Shown here: piece by piece, positions 23,665 through 36,404 of the stretch
Layout: every line of letters starts with the position of its first letter
Position numbering within the stretch: position 1 is the stretch's first letter
From: Octopus vulgaris
Taxonomy: Eukaryota
NCBI GenBank assembly: GCA_951406725.2
Contig: OX597818.1
Coordinates: forward strand, 39,990,001 to 40,054,000
DNA length: 64,000 nt
Reading direction: 5' to 3'
The notes under the pieces: generated by a model
Told to the model about the DNA's origin: nothing
The model's database searches: none
What the model saw: the letters and a program-made list of their open reading frames with translations, nothing else
Made by a program: the position numbers and the translations under genes

Positions 23665-24427
23665 AGATACAATAAATACCAAATTTAAAGAAAAAACAAA
23701 AATAAATGCACTGGCATCTATTTGTTCTGCTGAAACCTTTCAAGGTAGTGCTGCTGCATGGCCACAGTCCAATGAGTGAAACATAAAAGATGAAAGACAC
23801 CAATTTTCCACATATATCTGGATCCCTGTTAGTTCCAACACTGGCAGCTCATCATGTGCTATCTCCATTATGGTTGTTGTTGGTTTGCACTGGGTCAGTT
23901 CTGATGAAGCAAATATGTGATTGAAGGCATTGCAACCATAACCAGTTCATCCTTTTCTTATGCATTGTGTATCTTGGTTTATATTGTCCAGCGTGTTCAT
24001 ATTTTTTCAAAATGACAGTGTGTAATTTGAGGGAGATTTGTGACGTACATTGATGTATTTCTGCCTATTACACTGTTTACTTGGAGTTTATGCTGTGATT
24101 GCTACTCCTTGATACTCTTTCTATTATTAGCTGTTAAGATTGTGCACATTTACATCATTACTAATAAAGCCTGTATGTTGTCATTTGATCTGCTAGAAAT
24201 AGCAGCCAGATCTTCAAATCACACTGCCTGTCCTGTCTGTCTCACTCACTCTCTCACACACTCTCTCTCTCTCTCTCTCTCTCTGTATCTTTGTCTTTCT
24301 ATTTGTACAGTCCCCACCCTACTTGACAACTATAGTTGGTTTATTTACATCTCCAGTAACTTAGTGGTTCTACAAAAGAGTCTTAATAGATGAAGTACTA
24401 TACTTAAAAATTGATAAATAAAATTAA

Positions 24428-24648
24428 TCCTTTTGTTACCAACCTGGCTGAAACTGGATCTGGGTCTGAGTACAAATGTTTTGTTTCCATAAGATTTGAA
24501 TTAAAATCTTCCACCAAACCTTAGTCACAATTTATGTTCCTAACACTAGCTGAATGATAAACTAAGTTATTTTACTAAATTCTTTTTTATATTTAAAGTA
24601 ATTGAAAGAAACACAGAGCATCTCAAAATAAATACAGTAACGAAAGGG
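24428..24648. mobile_element. piggyBac-type MITE family 1, nested in a SINE A 3' half
   Basis: TTAA|TCCTTTTGTTAC ... GTAACGAAAGGG|TTAA; same family at 41597-41816 and 62724-62944. Confidence 0.85.
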
Positions 24649-24894
24649 TTAATACTGGGCTTGATTTGTTTAACTAAACCCTTCAAGTGGTGCCCCAGTA
24701 TGGCCACAATCCAATGACTGAAACAAGTAAATAATAAGAAATAAAATTCATTTTATTCTGCTTTTGTGTTTGTTTTCCAAGATTGTATCTTAACAGTTGC
24801 TGTCTGTTACAATTCACTTTCACTGGATTATCATGAATGTGAAGAAATTGTCAGATACATTTTAGTTCTTTTATTGTCAAACTTTATTTATTAA

Positions 24895-25299
24895 CTAGCA
24901 GTATCACCCGGCGTTGCTCGGGTTTGTTTTGACCCTTTAGAATTGGAATTTTTGAAAAGTAAAAATATGGCATTATGTAGCTTGTTATTCCCTTTAAGTG
25001 AACATTTTTCTGGTTGAAATTCACCGGAAAATGGCGACACAGCAGTCAAAAAATTGTAAAAAATAGGGATTTTCATAGAAAAAAAAGCACCTTTTTGATG
25101 TAAATAATTTTTGGTGTTAACATGGTCCGATTTGAATTTTTTCTTCTACAGAAGAAAGAGCAAGCCTTCTATCATATTCTCAATTTTGGTCAACTTGCGC
25201 CGCAGGGTCTCAGAGGAGATAGTGTTAGTTGAAGGCTACCAAACCTGACACACACACACAAACAACTTCACTTTATATATATATATATAGAGAGAGAGA
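24895..25299 (-). mobile_element. Non-autonomous Helitron (second family)
   Basis: Minus strand A|TC(TC)n(TA)nAAG ... AAACCCGAGCAACGCCGGGTGATACTGCTAG|T. Confidence 0.85.
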
Positions 25300-25727
25300 T
25301 TTAGAACAATGCATTCAAGAACACTTAATACTTAGTTATTGGTCATTTCCTGAAGTAATGGTCTGTGTTGTTTTTATAAATTTATTTCTACGTCATTTAC
25401 AGCTATTTAAACTTCTTACACCCTCTTTATATTGGATTTCAACAATTGAGTTTGTAGCAGAATGCTAAAAGTTCAACATGGGGCTAAGTACAGTCTTCCT
25501 GATAGACGACATTCTAAGAACTGTAAGTCTTCAAAAAGACTAAAACATAAAAGAAAACAGTGTTTTATTTGTGGGACCGAACCTGAAACTGTGTGGTTAA
25601 AGAGGGAGCCACTTGGCAGCCACATGGTTTCAGTTGCAGTTTCAGTCCCATTCTATGGCTCCTTGGACAAGTATCTTCTTTGTATACCATGTGAGAGAAT
25701 TTTGTAGACAAAATCTGTGGAAACCCA

Positions 25728-25985
25728 TTGTGTGTGTGTGTGTGTGTATATGTATGTATGTGAATGTATGTATGTATGTCTATATATGTGTGTGTGTGTG
25801 TGTATATATGTATGTCTATATATGTATGTATGTATGTCTGTGTGTGTATATGTATGTCTATATATATATATGTATGTATGTATGTCTATGTGTGTGTATA
25901 TATGTATGTTTGTGTGCGTATATATATATGTTTGTATTTGTGCGTATATATGTATTTTTGTGTGTGTGTGTATGTATGTAATTGT
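25728..25985. repeat. TG/TATG compound microsatellite (expanded interior of a degenerate SINE A, about 25585-26165)
   Basis: SINE A-like sequence on both sides of the tract. Confidence 0.85.
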
Positions 25986-26337
25986 GTGCTTATGTGTCTG
26001 TTTGTTCTCCTCCCCACCTTTTGACAACCAATGTTTGCTTACGTCCCTGTAACTTAGCAGTTAAAAAAGGAAAAAAGGGACTAAATAAATAAGAAGCGGA
26101 CTTATTAATTTAGTCAAGGTGGTGCCCCAGTATGGCCATAGTCCAATGACAGAAATAAATAAAAGATAAAAAAATAGTAATTCATTCTGTCTTCTTGTTA
26201 GTCTGGCTGGAAAATACTCAATGTCTTTTTTATATATATATATATATATATCAAGCATTTGACCAGTATTAGTATTACTATTTTGAACAGTTGACTTACT
26301 AAAAATAGCTGGATCTCCCTCAAAAAAGGATATATGT

Positions 26338-26738
26338 TACTCTCTCTCTTTTACTTGTTTCAGTCATTTGACTGCGGCCATGCTGGAGCACCGCCTATAG
26401 TCGGGCAAATCGACCCCGGGACTTATTCGTTGTAAGCCCAGTACTTATTCTATCGGTCTCTTTTGCCGAACTGCTAAGTGACGGGGACGTAAACACACCA
26501 GCATCGGTTGTCAAGCAATGCTAGGGGGACAAACACAGACACACAAACACATATATATATACACATATATACATATATACGACAGGCTTCTTTCAGTTTC
26601 CGTCTACCAAATCCACTCACAAGGCATTGGTCGGCCCGGGGCTATAGCAGAAGACACTTGCCCAAGACGCCACGCAGTGGGACTGAACCCGGAACCATGT
26701 GGCTGGTTAGCAAGCTACTTACCACACAGCCACTCCTG
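26338..26738 (-). mobile_element. SINE A, near full length
   Basis: Close match to 18881-19283. Confidence 0.9.
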
Positions 26739-27472
26739 ATATTTTTGATATTGATATTTTTGATATCTTTGTTATTGATATTTAGCCCCAGTTTGGCCTG
26801 AATTGAGGTAAAACTATGATCAGACATTCCAACCATGACTGTCAGTTTTGTTTATCCAGATATAATGTATCTCAGGCTACATCATACAATTCTAGTATGG
26901 TAATGTGTGGTTTGAGAGAAATTTGGCTGCTATTTCTAACTAGCTAAGTGACCACACATAGGCTCCCTTGTCACTTTGGACAATGTGGTGCAGGAGCTTC
27001 TATATTGTGGTGGGGTTGGGGAAGGAGGGGAAATTATATCGTCACAGCTACAATCAGTGGTGGACTGGCCAGGTTGCCAGCTTGCCCAATGGCAAGTGGG
27101 CCCCCTGCTCTATTAGAATCCATATATGGGGGCCCATGTTAGTATCTAAGGGGCCCATCCCCTCAAGTTTGAGAATTTTTTTATTCACTCCTGGAAATAT
27201 ATTTTAACCCTTCAGTATTCAAATCAGCCATATTTAGCCCAAAGCTACCTGCTTTATGTTCAAACCAGCCAGATCTAGCCTCTCACACCTACCCTACAAT
27301 ATCAGTCTAAACATAAACAGCCACATCATTGAAATCTTCAGGCTGTGAGACAATGTATGATTAATTCAAAACAATGTGAATTAATAAGCATTACATCTGA
27401 TAGAATAATTTGAATGCTAAAGGTTAAAGTGGTTTTTTCTGGGTGGAGAAATGTTTCTGTGGATGTATATAC

Positions 27473-27673
27473 CAGTGCTTTTCAAACTTTTTGCTGGAGC
27501 GGAACCCCAAGGAAACATTCCACTGGCTCGAGGAACCCCTGTGCAATTATTTAATAGTTTTATGCACACATATCTGCACAGGAGAATGAAAAATTACTGC
27601 CGATTTTAGCAGTTTTGTAACTTCTTGCGGAACCCCTGGACTGTACTGGCGGAACCCCGGTTGAAAACCACTG
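27473..27673. mobile_element. hAT (Charlie-type) MITE with perfect 8-bp TSD
   Basis: GTATATAC|CAGTGCTTTTCAA ... TTGAAAACCACTG|GTATATAC; internal GGAACCCC motifs x4. Confidence 0.92.
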
Positions 27674-27774
27674 GTATATACAATATTATGAATCCATGAA
27701 TCAATCAGCTATAAACTTTCTTATACGAGTACTATTTTTCAGTTTTATCTTTTTTGATTAAAAAAATAAATAAA

Positions 27775-28017
27775 TGCACCCTTTTAAAGCCTAGTCAGGC
27801 TCATGGGCCTGGCTTCCCGGTTTCTATGGCGTATGTGTTCCCCAGCTGGACGGGACGCCAGTCCATCACAGCGTTACTCATTTTTGCCAGCTGAGTGGAC
27901 TGGAGCAACGTGAAATGAAGTGTTTTGCTCAAGAACACAACGTGTCGCCCGATCCAGGAATCGAAACCACAATCTTACGATCATGATGCTGACACCCTAA
28001 CCACTAAGCCACGTGGC
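27775..28017 (-). mobile_element. tRNA-headed CORE-like SINE family C'
   Basis: Head CACGTGGCTTAGTGGTTAGGG..GGTTTCGATTCC, core GTGTTCTTGAGCAAAACAC..CAGTCCACTCAGCTGG; related copy at about 59330-59500. Confidence 0.82.
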
Positions 28018-28558
28018 TCTACTTTTTGATTAAGCCCAAAGCCAAATTTTTGCTGGAGTGGGATTTAGTTGACAATCTACTCTAGTATTTCCATCATCAG
28101 CATCATCATTGTAATGTTCACTTTTCCAATGTAGCCTATAGGGCAGAATAAATACCAAATAACTTGGAAATGTTTCTGCTGGTCTGGCATCTCCAGCCAA
28201 TCACAGAGAGATTTCTCATTTGCTTCACTGTATAAATGAAATTTGAGCTCATACCAGCTGTCACTCTGCTTGTAGAGATAGATGTAATTTATATTACACA
28301 TCCCTTACTGTATAATGCTGGCAATAAATAAATAGTTCTAAGTGTTACATACAGAATCTGTGGCATTAAGTAGTTCAATATCTTCCTATAGATAGACTAT
28401 CATACCTAGAAAGAGCTGGTAGTTGTCTTTCCCAGGGACCAAGCAAAACATCTGTTGCTAATGTTTAAACATTATCCATTACATGTTTACAAGTCTCCAC
28501 ATGGTCACCTGACTTATTAGAAATAGCAGCTAAAACTCTTTCAGTTCAAACTCTACTG

Positions 28559-28841
28559 CAGTGGTTCTCATTTTTTTTTTTTTACCTATAGACCCCTTTT
28601 TACTCTTTACTCTTTTACTTGTTTCAATCATTTGACTGTAGCCATGCTGGAGCACCGCCTTTAATTGAGCAAATCGACCCCAGGACTTATTCTTTGTAAG
28701 CCTACTACTTATTCTATTGGTCTCTTTCGCTGAACTGCTGAGCTACGGGGACGTAAACACACCAGCATCGGTTGTCAAGCGAAGTTGGTGGGGGAGACAA
28801 ACACAGACACACACACACATACATACACACACACACACATA

Positions 28842-28892
<51 letters not shown>

Positions 28893-29671
28893 GACAGGCT
28901 TCTTTCAGTTTCCGTCTACCAAATCCACTCACAAGGCTTTGGTCGGCATTTGGCTATAGTAGAAGGCACTTGCCCAAAGTGCCACACAGTGGGACTAAAC
29001 CTGGAACCATGTGGTTGGTAAGCAAGCTACTTACTTACCACACAGCCACTCCTATGCCTAGAACTCCATTTCTAATTAATGCTTAAAAACTAGTTTAATA
29101 GAAAGTTCTTTCAAATTTCTTATTTTGTTTTTCACACATTAACTGGTGTAAGTTCAGCTACATAAAATGTTAGAGAAAGAAACCTATTTGTTTCTTGCAA
29201 AAATACTTCTGAGCAAAAGTTTTTCATGGACTCATAAAATATCATTACTCTTTTTACTCTCCTTTACTTGTGTCAGTCATTTGACTGCGGGCATGCTGGA
29301 GCACTGCCTTTAGTCTAACAAATCGACCCCAGGACTTATTCTTTGTAAGCCTAGTATTCTATCCGCCTCTTTTCCTGAACCAGTAAGTTACGGTTGTCAA
29401 GTGGTGTTGGGGAGACAAACACACACACACACATATATGAAGGGCTTCTTTCAGTTTCCGTCTACCAAATCCACTCACAAGGCTTTGGTTGGCCCGAGGC
29501 TCTAGTAGAAGACACTTGCCCAGTAGAAGACACTTGCAGTGGGAATGAACCTGGAGCCATGTGGTTGGGAAGCAAGCTACTTACCACACAGCCACTCCTG
29601 TGGACCTAATTTGGTATTTTGCTTGTATGGACCCTCGAAAGTCTTATGTAGACCCCAGTTCAGATCCTTTG
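28559..29671. mobile_element. Old hAT-type MITE interrupted by two SINE A copies (28600-29059 and 29258-29600, both minus)
   Basis: CTCTACTG|CAGTGGTTCTCA ... GTTCAGATCCTTTG|CCCTACAG (diverged TIR and 8-bp TSD); repeat C sequence resumes on each side. Confidence 0.55.
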
Positions 29672-30061
29672 CCCTACAGTTTTTTTTTTTTAAAAAGAAA
29701 AATGAAAACACTGGATAATATGATCCTAAACATCCCCCCAAAAGATGGTATGGTTGCAGCTGGAGTTTTGGTCTCTCAACTAAGGCTTGCTAAACAATAA
29801 CAACACAGCAGCAATATAATCTGTTAGACGATAGGTAGTTGCATGCTTTATTCACTCAATCACTTTCCATCTACGGCTACTGATGGGTTCGAGACATTTC
29901 GGCATAGCTGTTTTGGCACTGTGTATTTGGTTTTGTTAATTCAACACTGACTTATTCGACATCAGACATCAGATTCTTTGATTCTTCTCTGTTTATCTTC
30001 CTCTCCTCTCCACATTCTCTCTGTCTGTATGTCAGCAGCTGGTTATGTTTGTTTGCATGTA

Positions 30062-30115
<54 letters not shown>

Positions 30116-30260
30116 CACATACACACACATATTCTTTTACTTGTTTCAATCATTTTGACTGTGGCCATGCTGGAGCGCCATTTTTAGTCGAATAACTTGA
30201 CCCCAGGACATATTCTTTGTAAGCCTAGTACTTATTCTATTGGTCCCTTTTCTGAACTGC

Positions 30261-30292
<32 letters not shown>

Positions 30293-30309
30293 CAAATCAA
30301 AATCATTTT

Positions 30310-30802
30310 GATGACTGGTGTCCGTGCTAGCAGGGTGCAAAGAGCACCATTCGAGTGTGATTGTTGACAGAGCGGCTATTCAAGTATGATCGTTACCAGC
30401 GTCGCCTTACTGGCACTTATGCCTGTGCTAGTAGGGTGCCAAGAACACCATCCAAGCGTGATCATTGCCAGAGCAGCCAACTGGCTTCCGTACTTGTGAT
30501 ACGTAAAAGGGCACCATTCGAGTGTGATCGTTACCAACGTCGCTTCACTGGCACCTGTGCCGGTGGCATATGTAAAAAGATTCGAACGAGGTCATTGCCA
30601 GTACCTCCTGACTGGCCCCGTGCTGGTGGCACGTAAAAAGCACCCACTACACTCTCGGAGTGGTTGGCGTTAGGAAGGGCATCCAGCTGTAGAAACTCTG
30701 CCAGATCAAGACTGGAGCCTGGTGCAGCCATCTGGTTTGCCAGCCCTCAGTCAAAATCGTCCAAGCCATGCTAGCGTTAAACGATGATCATGATGATGAT
30801 GA
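30310..30802 (+). mobile_element. RTE-A 3' UTR copy with about six tandem units
   Basis: Repeated GTGC..AAAAGCACCATTCGAG..GATC units, then the conserved terminal block and (GAT)n. Confidence 0.85.
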
Positions 30803-30950
30803 TACCCACACATGTTAGTGAGAGAAGAAGACAAAGAGAGACATTGCTCACACACACACACACATACACACACACACACACACACGTGTGTGTGTGTGTG
30901 TGTAATGTCTCTCTTTGTCTTCTTCTCTCACTAACATATGTCTACATTAA

Positions 30951-31165
30951 GGCGGTGAGTTGGCAGAAATGTTAGAACGCCAGGCAAAATGCTTAGCGGT
31001 ATTTTGTCTGTCCTTATATTCTGAGTTCAAATTCTGCTGAAGTCAACTTTGCCTTTCATACTTTCGGGGTCGATGAATTAAGTACCAGTTGCATACTGGG
31101 GTTCGATCTAATTGTCTGGTCCCCTCCCCCAAAATTTCAGACCTTGTGCGAGAGTAGCAAAGAAC
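30951..31165 (+). mobile_element. SINE B
   Basis: Matches 3651-3880. Confidence 0.85.
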
Positions 31166-31759
31166 ATGTGTTTATATATATTTTGTGTGTATGTGCATAT
31201 GTGTGTGTGTGTGTGTGTGTGCTACCAGTGCCAAAACTTACTATCACTATAACTGGCTGAATGTCCAGTCAGTCATGCCAAATTGTCAGCATATAAACAA
31301 CCACACCCAAATATCTCATTCTGATAACAGAGATAGGTCTATTATTTTAAAAAACAAAAATATGCCATGATTTTCTAACCTATTAACCATAGCAAATATA
31401 CTGTGCATATATAATAATATACTGAATATCACATATATGTATTTTTATATCTTGCAGAATGCCTAGTAACCTTTTGTGGAACCTTAGGGTTCGAAGAAAT
31501 CTTGACTGGAAAATACTGATTTAGCCCCTGGTTAGCCTTGGCTCATTGGACCTGTTGATCAAAGGTATTTTAGCCCTTTTTAGTCTTTTATTCAAACATT
31601 GTATCAAGGATTATATTTTCTGTTTTTGTTTTTTTTTAAAGATGGTAGGTTGTGGTTTCAGGGAAGCTTAACTACTATTTGAACAGATTTGTAGATATTT
31701 CCTGCAGTGTGTGCACACACATGTTATGTATGTGTATGTTTGTTTGTGTATGTGTGTGT

Positions 31760-32010
31760 CATCATCATCATCATCATTTAGCGTCCGTTTTCCATGCTAG
31801 CATGGGTTGGACGGTTCAACTGGGGTCTGTGAAGCTGGAAGGCTTCATCAGGCCCAGTCAGATCTGGCAGTGTTTCTACAGCTGGATGCCCTTCCTAACG
31901 CCAACCACTCCGTGAGTGTAGTGGGTGCTTTTTACGTGCCACCCGCACAGGTGCCAGACAGAGCTGGCAAACGGCCACGAACGGATGGTGCTTTTTACGT
32001 GTCACCGGCA

Positions 32011-32012
<2 letters not shown>
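31760..32012 (-). mobile_element. RTE-A 3' UTR copy
   Basis: (CAT)n TTAGCGTCCG..GATGCCCTTCCTAACGCC..GTGCTTTTTACGTG; truncated into (TA)n. Confidence 0.87.
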
Positions 32013-32059
<47 letters not shown>

Positions 32060-32062
<3 letters not shown>

Positions 32063-32250
32063 AGAATTCACAAAAAAAAAAACCAAGACTAAGACAGGTG
32101 GTGTAGACAACAAACAGATATATTAGTATAATGCTCAGGAAGTGAAAAAGTCTTTTAACGTTTCGAGCCTATGCTCTTCCACAGAAAGGAACACAGAAAG
32201 AAACAAGGAGAGAAAATAAAGAATGTGTAGTGGCTAGCGATCTATCTTCT
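32060..32250 (-). mobile_element. (TA)n-anchored short element with minimal hammerhead-like motif (32152-32188); second copy at 52010-52172
   Basis: Minus strand CTTT-CTGTGGA-A-GAGC(atag)GCTC-GAAACGTTA-AAAG, ending ..GTGAATTCTCCC(TA)n; core deviates at A6. Confidence 0.55.
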
Positions 32251-32479
32251 GTGTGTGTACATAAAAAATGAACTAGTTTCAAGTTAGGTAAGCATAATTC
32301 AGAAAAGGTGGAATCATAACATAAATCAAGTTAGAATATTATTTATTTTCCTTATGTAAATGAGGGTGCATGGTGAACTGAATTGATTAATTGGAGAATC
32401 TTAGAATTTAATGAGAGATATAGTTGAAATAGCTGTATAAGTTATGTCTTTGGGTGTTTAAATATCTTGTTGCCAATAA

Positions 32480-32695
32480 TCTTTTTGTGCTCTAGGCTCA
32501 AGGCCTGAATTTTTGGGGAAGGAGGCCAGTCGATTAGATCGACCTGCAATATGCAACTGGTACTTAATTTATTGACCTCGAAAGGATGAAAGGCAAAGTC
32601 AACCTCGGTGGAATTTGAACTCAGATCATAAAGACAGATGAAATATTGTTAAGCATTTTGCCTGGCATGCTAACTTTTCTGCAAGCTCGCTGCCT
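32480..32695 (-). mobile_element. SINE B
   Basis: GAAAGGATGAAAGGCAAAGTCAACCTCGGTGGAATTTGAACTCAG. Confidence 0.85.
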
Positions 32696-33032
32696 TCCTT
32701 ATCTTGTTGCCAATAATATTATGACGCTGATGTATTGATTGGGAGTTGGAATAGTATTACCCAAATAAATATTTGGATATGGTTATCTAGAATAACCTTT
32801 CACAATTAATATGTTCACACAGAATGTGCTCTGTACTACTCCAGCGAACATAGGTATGATATTAAATTCACACAGTAATCCAATATGAATGATCAATGGT
32901 GTCAACTACTTGCTTTTTATCAAAATGTGTCAGTCCACTTTTGGTCACATGGGGGTGGTCAGGATCCTTCCACAACAATGTTTGATTTTGCCTTTGTTGG
33001 ATGTAATACACTGGGATGGATAAGTTTATTAA

Positions 33033-33238
33033 CCCCTTTTGATACCAACCCACCTCCTAAGACTGCACCCTGTTTTAAAGTGATTTAAATTTAAATCAGC
33101 CATGAAACTTTCATGTTAATATACATTCCAAACACCAGTTTAACAACAATAATAAAGTTATTTTATGAAGTTTTTCATTATTTTCAAGATTAATTGAAAC
33201 AAAGACTGTGAATTTCAACAAATACGATAACAAAAGGG
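33033..33238. mobile_element. piggyBac-type MITE, diverged relative of family 1
   Basis: TTAA|CCCCTTTTGATAC ... GATAACAAAAGGG|TTAA. Confidence 0.75.
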
Positions 33239-33729
33239 TTAATTAGAGCTGGACGAAAAAAATACATCAAATCTTTTAACCCTTTAGCATTCGAACTGAC
33301 ACTTATGTAATTACATATTTGGTAGTGTTTATCTTAATGAAACAGCTGTTGAATGCAATTTAACCCTTTAGCATTTAAACTGGCCATATGAAGCCCAAAT
33401 ATTCTACATGTTTTATGTTGAAACTGGCCAGATCCAGCCACTCACACCTGTCTTACAATGTCATTCTTAAAAATCATATCTTCAAAATCTTAAAGCTACA
33501 AGACAATATATGATCAGTTCTAAACAATGTGAATAAATAAGCTTTGTATTTGATAAAATAATCTGAATGCTAAAGAGGATTAGACATGTAAATTTATAAA
33601 CCTTGAACAGAACATTGCTAGTTAAAACTTCACCACAGTGAATGAATTAATGAATGTATAATCAAATTCGTACTTGATTTAACTGAATTCAGGATAAATT
33701 TAAAAGCCTTTATTTAATGAGTAATTTTA

Positions 33730-34030
33730 ATATGGAGCTTTGGCAAAGAACAAATCAAGTTTCGATTAGGGAGCAAATATTTAAGAAAAAGTGGAAGTGG
33801 ATTGGTAGAACAATTAGAAAAGACACACCAAATGTAGCGAAAAGTGTTTTACATTGGAATCCTGATGGATATAGAAATAAACTCGTGGCGGAGATCAACA
33901 CAAAGGGAACTAGAGAAAGGGGGACATTCATGGCAGAGTATAAGTACAGAAGCCAAAAATTATGCGACATGGAATTCAACTATAAGTGGCCTATAATCCG
34001 CATTGGAGGGTTAAAGGCAGGAAAAAAAAA
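33730..34030 (+). mobile_element. RTE-clade LINE C-terminal fragment (another family)
   Basis: NMELWQRTNQVSIREQIFKKKWKWIGRTIRK..AKSVLHWNPDG / NSWRRSTQRELEKGGHSW..W; A-rich end. Confidence 0.8.
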
Positions 34031-34450
34031 TTTTCAAAAGAAATTCTAAAAAAAACATGACAGTATTATTAATATATCTGAATGTTTTGTAAGAATATTA
34101 ACCAAACTTTCAGTTTCAATGTACACTGTAAAAATGGATTGGCATTAGGAAGTGCATCCAGTTGTAGAAACAATGCCAAAACAGACAGTGGAACTTGGTG
34201 CAGTCCATACGCTTGCCAGCTCCTGTCAAACTGTCCAGTCCATGCCAGCATGGAAAACAGATGTTAAATTTAAATGTGTGCATTTAGATGTATAACTAAT
34301 ACTTTGAGTTAGAGTTCCTCATAGATTATCATTATCCAGTCAGTTTCCAGTACAATAGTTAGTCTACCACTATACTTAGCAGTGTTACTTTACTAGTTAT
34401 GGTTTACAAAGCATCTATAATGGAAACAGTATGAATATTTTAGTTCCTAT

Positions 34451-34663
34451 ACTCTTTACTCTTTTACTTGTTTCAGTCATTTGACTGCGGCCATGCTGGA
34501 GCACCGCCTTTAATCGAGCAACTCGACCCCGGGACTTATTCTTTTGTAGCCCCAGTACTTATTCTATCAGTCTCTTTTGCCGAACCGCTAAGTAATGGGG
34601 ACATAAGCACACCAGCATCGGTTGTCAAGCAATGCTAGGGGGACAAGCACAGACACACGCACG

Positions 34664-34704
<41 letters not shown>

Positions 34705-34945
34705 CATCATCATCATCATCATCATTTAACGTCCGCTTTCCATGCTAGCATATATATATATATATATATATACATATATATACGACGGGCTTCTTTCAGT
34801 TTCCGTCTACCAAATCCACTCACAAGGCTTTGGTCGGCCCGAGGCTATAGTAGAAGACACTTGCCCAAGGTGCCACGCAGTGGGACTGAACCCAGAACCA
34901 TGTGATTGGTAAACAAGCTACTTACCACACAGCCACTCCTGCGCC
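34451..34945 (-). mobile_element. SINE A with a short RTE-A tail (about 34703-34750) inside its TA tract
   Basis: (TA)n-(CAT)n-TTAACGTCCGCTTTCCATGCTAGC-(TA)n in the centre of an otherwise complete SINE A. Confidence 0.9.
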
Positions 34946-35180
34946 TGTATATGTTTCATTAGATCTCTGTAACAGAATGCAATAAAGTATGACCATTGTG
35001 ACCCATTGTGACTCTGATGACCCATTGTGACTCTGATGACCCATTGTGGTCAGGTATCGAAATGCATTTGGAGCATCAAAATGCTGAGCTCTAAATAACT
35101 GCAATGGCGAAACATATGTAGCAATTAAAATTTTTGTACTACTGATTATCTTAATTTTCTAACTAACACGCATGCACATG

Positions 35181-35236
<56 letters not shown>

Positions 35237-35667
35237 TTTAGTGTATGCAAAATATAAGTATTTTATAATTGTCTCATGCAACTAGAGCATAAAATTATTT
35301 ATTGAAACACATGAGTGACTCGGTGGTGAGTCATGTCACTGGAAGAAGTAAGAGTAAGAAGAAAGTTTAAATTTCCAAGTCAGTGCTGGTAGAACAAACT
35401 TATGAAAGACATTCCATGCATGACCATCCTGTCTGTATTTTTGTATATCTAGGACTATTATGTCACACTCCACACACGGTGTACATTATCTAGGAAGTCA
35501 CTGTTTCTTTCTCTTTTTTTTTTTTTATTATGATAGTAATATTTGATGTGAATAAATTTACACGTGGCTGCTAATTTTTGAAGAATCAGTGACTGTGTAG
35601 AGACTCCCTCACTGGCTCATGGGGGAAACCGTATTGTGAAATCTTGAGACTGAATGAGTACATTATA

Positions 35668-35835
35668 GGTGTGGCTGTGTGATAAGAAGTTGGCTTTCCA
35701 ACCGCATGGTTCTGGGGTCAGTCCTATTGTGTGGCACCTTGGGCAGGTGTCTTCTACTATAGCCTCAGACCGACCAAACCTTATGAGTTAATTTGCTAGC
35801 TGGAAACTGTATATAGAGACTGTGTATATGGAAAC

Positions 35836-35876
<41 letters not shown>

Positions 35877-36090
35877 CTTTGTATCTGTATTTGTCCCTCC
35901 ACCATTGCTTGACAGCCGATGTTGATATATTTATGTCCCCATAACTTAACAGTTTGGCTAAAGAGACCGAAAGAATAAGTACTTGGCTTACAAAGAATAA
36001 GTTCTGGGATGAACTTTTTCAACTAAAACCCTTTAGGGTAGTGCTCCAGTATGGCTGCAGTGAAATGACTGAAACAAGTAAAAAATGAAA
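35668..36090 (+). mobile_element. SINE A (diverged)
   Basis: Head, core, microsatellite and tail all recognisable. Confidence 0.82.
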
Positions 36091-36404
36091 GAAAATCTGC
36101 TGCTATAACTAAAAATTGTTGTCATCCGTCTGACACATTTAACCCTATTTTAACAGACTTGTAGCATGGATACAATGAATCACTTGCTTGAGCATGATCC
36201 ACATTAAGCATGTTAATTATGTAATATTTTAATTAAGCCAGCAATAGTATACATTCTGTTTATGAATTGTTTGGCAGTGTTTGTCCTGTAAGTGTAATAA
36301 TCAGATGCACAATGTGAACTGATGCATACCAGTAAGCCTATTTTTCATCTAATTAGGTATTTTGCTTAATGTTTCATTTTTGGTAGTTTGGTAGTAATTA
36401 TAAT

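Noticed and set aside
21021-23907. Isolated CTGATGA heptamers (379, 21021, 23901) and CTGAAGA with a stem near 54281
   Set aside because: No properly placed GAAA, stem III or stem I.
27055-27165. GC-rich GGGCCC block as a promoter
   Set aside because: Begins CAGTGGTGGACTGGCC like a MITE terminus; no partner TIR or transcript signal is visible, so it is left uncalled.
30310-30645. CRISPR-like repeat-spacer pattern in the tandem UTR units
   Set aside because: The 'spacers' are homologous to each other, the array is part of a LINE UTR, the context is eukaryotic and there are no cas genes.
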